Shown: positions 61,719-64,000 of the stretch, in pieces | How positions within the stretch are numbered: position 1 is the stretch's first letter | How the letters are laid out: each line of letters starts with the position of its first letter | Made by a program: the position numbers and the translations under genes | The notes under the pieces: generated by a model | Databases searched by the model: none | What the model was told of the DNA's origin: nothing | The model's input: the letters and a program-made list of their open reading frames with translations, nothing else | Source of the DNA: Balamuthia mandrillaris | Lineage: Eukaryota | Assembly: GCA_031835245.2 (NCBI GenBank) | Contig: JAVKOQ020000050.1 | Location: forward strand, 1 to 64,000 | DNA length: 64,000 bases | Direction: 5' to 3'

Positions 61719-63308
61719 ATGACAGCAAGGTGAGTTTTCTTTTTTTTTTTTTTTTTTTGGGTTGGATTGGGATTGATTTGTGTGTGGGGGTTACCATCAC
61801 AAAACGAACAGCCAACAGAGTGCGTGACTATGAAATCAAGTTGTTGTTGGTTGGAAATGTTGGCGTCGGCAAATCTTCTCTCATGTCCCGTTTTGTGGTA
61901 CGAACTTCTTTTCTCTTAGTCGTTCTTCTTTTCGTCGTTCTCTTTCTCTTTCTCTTCTCTTCTCTTGGTCGTTCTCTTCTCTTCTCTTCTCTTCTCTTCT
62001 CTTCTCTTCTCTTCTCTTCTCTTCTCTTCTCTTCTCTTCTCTTCTCTTCTCTTCTCTTCTCTTCTCTTGGTCGTTCTCTTCTCTTCTCTTCTCTCTAAAT
62101 TCTGGATTTAAGGACAACACATTTCCGGGACAAGACGTAACGAGTACCATTGGAGAGGAGTTCAAAGTGAAGCAGGTCCAACTTGGCAAGTACCAAGTGA
62201 CCGTAAAGGTTCATGTCCTTTCTTTTGCTTTGTTTTTTCCTCTTTGCGTCTTCCTTTCCGGTTTTCTTCTTACTCGTTTCTTGCTTTCACGTTTACTCTC
62301 CCTCGTTGCCTGTTTGCTGTCTCTTTCACTCTTCTTATGCGTTACCTTCTTCTCTTTCTTGTTCTCTTTTTCTTCTCTTCTCATGCTCTTTATCTCTTTC
62401 TTTATCTCTCTCTTTATTTCTTTCTCTTTCTCTCTCTCCCTTCTTCCCGTACTCTTCTCTCTTCTCTGCTTTCTCTCGTCTCTCTTCTCGCTCTCTGCTT
62501 CTCTGTTCCCTTCTCTTTCCTGTAATAACATCAACATACACTGCAGTTAATAGACACAGCAGGACAAGAACGTTTCGGCACAATAACGAGCTCGTTCTAC
62601 AGAGGTTCAGACGGCATTATCATAGTATACGATGTTGCTGATGAGCGCTCGTTGAAGAGTGCGGAGGGACTTTGGTTCTCTGAGATGAAGAGGTATGCAC
62701 AGGAGAATGTTTGTTTGGCGGTGATGGGAAACAAAATCGACCTTGAAGACAGAGTATGGCTTCTTTTACTTCTTTTACTTCTGTTTCTTTCTCTATTCTC
62801 TATTCTCTATTCTCTTTCGTCGTTTCTCTTTCGTCGTTTCTCTTTCTCTTTCGTCGTTTCTCTTTCTCTTTCGTCGTTTCTCTTTCTCTTTCGTCGTTTC
62901 TCTTTCTCTTTCGTCGTTTCTCTTTCTCTTTCGTCGTTTCTCTTTCTCTTTCGTCGTTCTCTTTCTCTTTCGTCGTTTCTCTTTCTCTTTCGTCGTTTCT
63001 CTTTCTCTTTCGTCGTTTCTCTTTCTCTTTCTCTTTCTCTTTCTCTTTCTCTTTCTCTTTCTCTTTCTCTTTCTTATTTCTATATTTGCAAGGCGGTGGA
63101 CGCCGAAGCAGGCCAAGCAATGGCAGAGGAGAACAGCGCTCTATTTTTTGAGGTATCCGCGAAAACAGGAGCAAACGTGGAGGAGGCATTTCTGAGGTTA
63201 ACTTGTGATATAGTGGAGGAGAAGAGCGGGGAGACGATCAAACTGAAAGACAAAAAGTTGAACTTGCATTCAAGTAAGAAAAAGAAAGGGGGCAGATGTA
63301 TTATCTAG
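61719..63308 (+). CDS. Rab-family small GTPase (Rab1-like, divergent), multi-exon
   Basis: KLLLVGNVGVGKSSL, TIGEEF, DTAGQERF..SFYRG, GNKID, FEVSAK; polybasic tail ending RCII*. Confidence 0.9.
62815..63070 (+). repeat. 20-bp minisatellite (TCGTCGTTTCTCTTTCTCTT)n grading into (CTCTTT)n, intronic
   Basis: Direct reading inside a Rab intron. Confidence 0.9.
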
Positions 63309-63838
63309 AAGGAGAACAACAAACAACAAATCCTATTTTTTCTGTCTCAAAGGAAAGAGAAGGAGAGAGAAGGAAAGAGAGAAAAGCTTTTGTTTCTTGT
63401 CGCTCTCTTTCTCTCTTTCTATAAACTTCCAATTGGGTTGAAACAAAGCGGATGCAGCTGGAAAATGAGGCGTATACAGCAGGTTCAGATCAAAGGGCAA
63501 AATGGAGAGACCATTCGAAAGAAGGCACGTCCAACCCTTCTCTATCTGTTCTAAAATTCATGTGGCGGAAAGGTAAAGGAGGCAAGGCGGTCTCGCATGT
63601 TCTGTGGACGAGTACAGTGTGGGATGACGAGTAAAAGAGTTAGTTAGTCAGCGGGTGTTCTGATTGTTGATTGGTGGTTTGAAACTTTTTAGCAATTCGA
63701 TCAGATTTCGATCAAAAGTTTGATTTTTATTTGCCCTTAGTTTCCTCAGATCAAACTGAGATCTTTCTCGTCGACATTATATTTCGTGACGACATGATGT
63801 AACGGTCGGTTAAACGTAAAAACAGACAAAGAAAAACC

Positions 63839-64000
63839 ATGCAGACGGGACACGAAGCGCAGCTGGAGCAACTGCCGGGCGAGCTCCTGGCCATGATATT
63901 CGGGTTCGTTCCCACCAAGGACTTGTATCCATCGTGCTTCGTTCTGTCTTCCGCCTGTTTGGCCGCTGTGCTGGACGAGCTTGCATGGCGTGCCAGAAGC
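63839..64000 (+). CDS. Start of an F-box protein (runs off the window), paralogous to the 14444 gene
   Basis: MQTGHEAQLEQLPGELLAMIFGFVPTKDLYPSCFVLSS..AW versus LTELPPELLSMVFEHIQAKDLFPSCFLICK..SW. Confidence 0.8.
   Translation, partial: MQTGHEAQLEQLPGELLAMIFGFVPTKDLYPSCFVLSSACLAAVLDELAWRARS

Overview
Gene-dense, intron-rich eukaryotic DNA. The 5S rRNA sequence and the gene content (Frizzled/Smoothened-like GPCR, ComC-type surface protein, TKL kinase fusion) suggest an amoebozoan close to Acanthamoeba/Balamuthia; that assignment is inference. I reconstructed about 25 protein genes by reading GT-AG splice junctions by eye. They include a large F-box/SPRY/LRR/TKL-kinase fusion, a Vps62-like repeat plus DnaJ-type zinc-finger protein, a secreted protein of ~38 YDGGDV(x) repeats, a SAM-RBR E3 ligase, an inverted pair of CsbD-like genes, a calmodulin-like/coiled-coil fusion, a Cof HAD hydrolase, ATP-PFK, a Mug135-like gene with a scrambled tandem duplicate, PDK1, a KCTD9-like gene, QCR6, Abitram, an NCS-EF-hand/PIP5K fusion, Pth, a PhyH-like dioxygenase, an NCL-type Ca2+ exchanger and a Rab. 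There is one solitary 5S rRNA gene preceded by two degenerate copies of its own 5' end. Introns are filled with microsatellites. A palindromic TGTCGACA motif, often paired with GTGACGAC, recurs in the upstream intergenic regions. Family assignments come from recognised motifs, not database searches.
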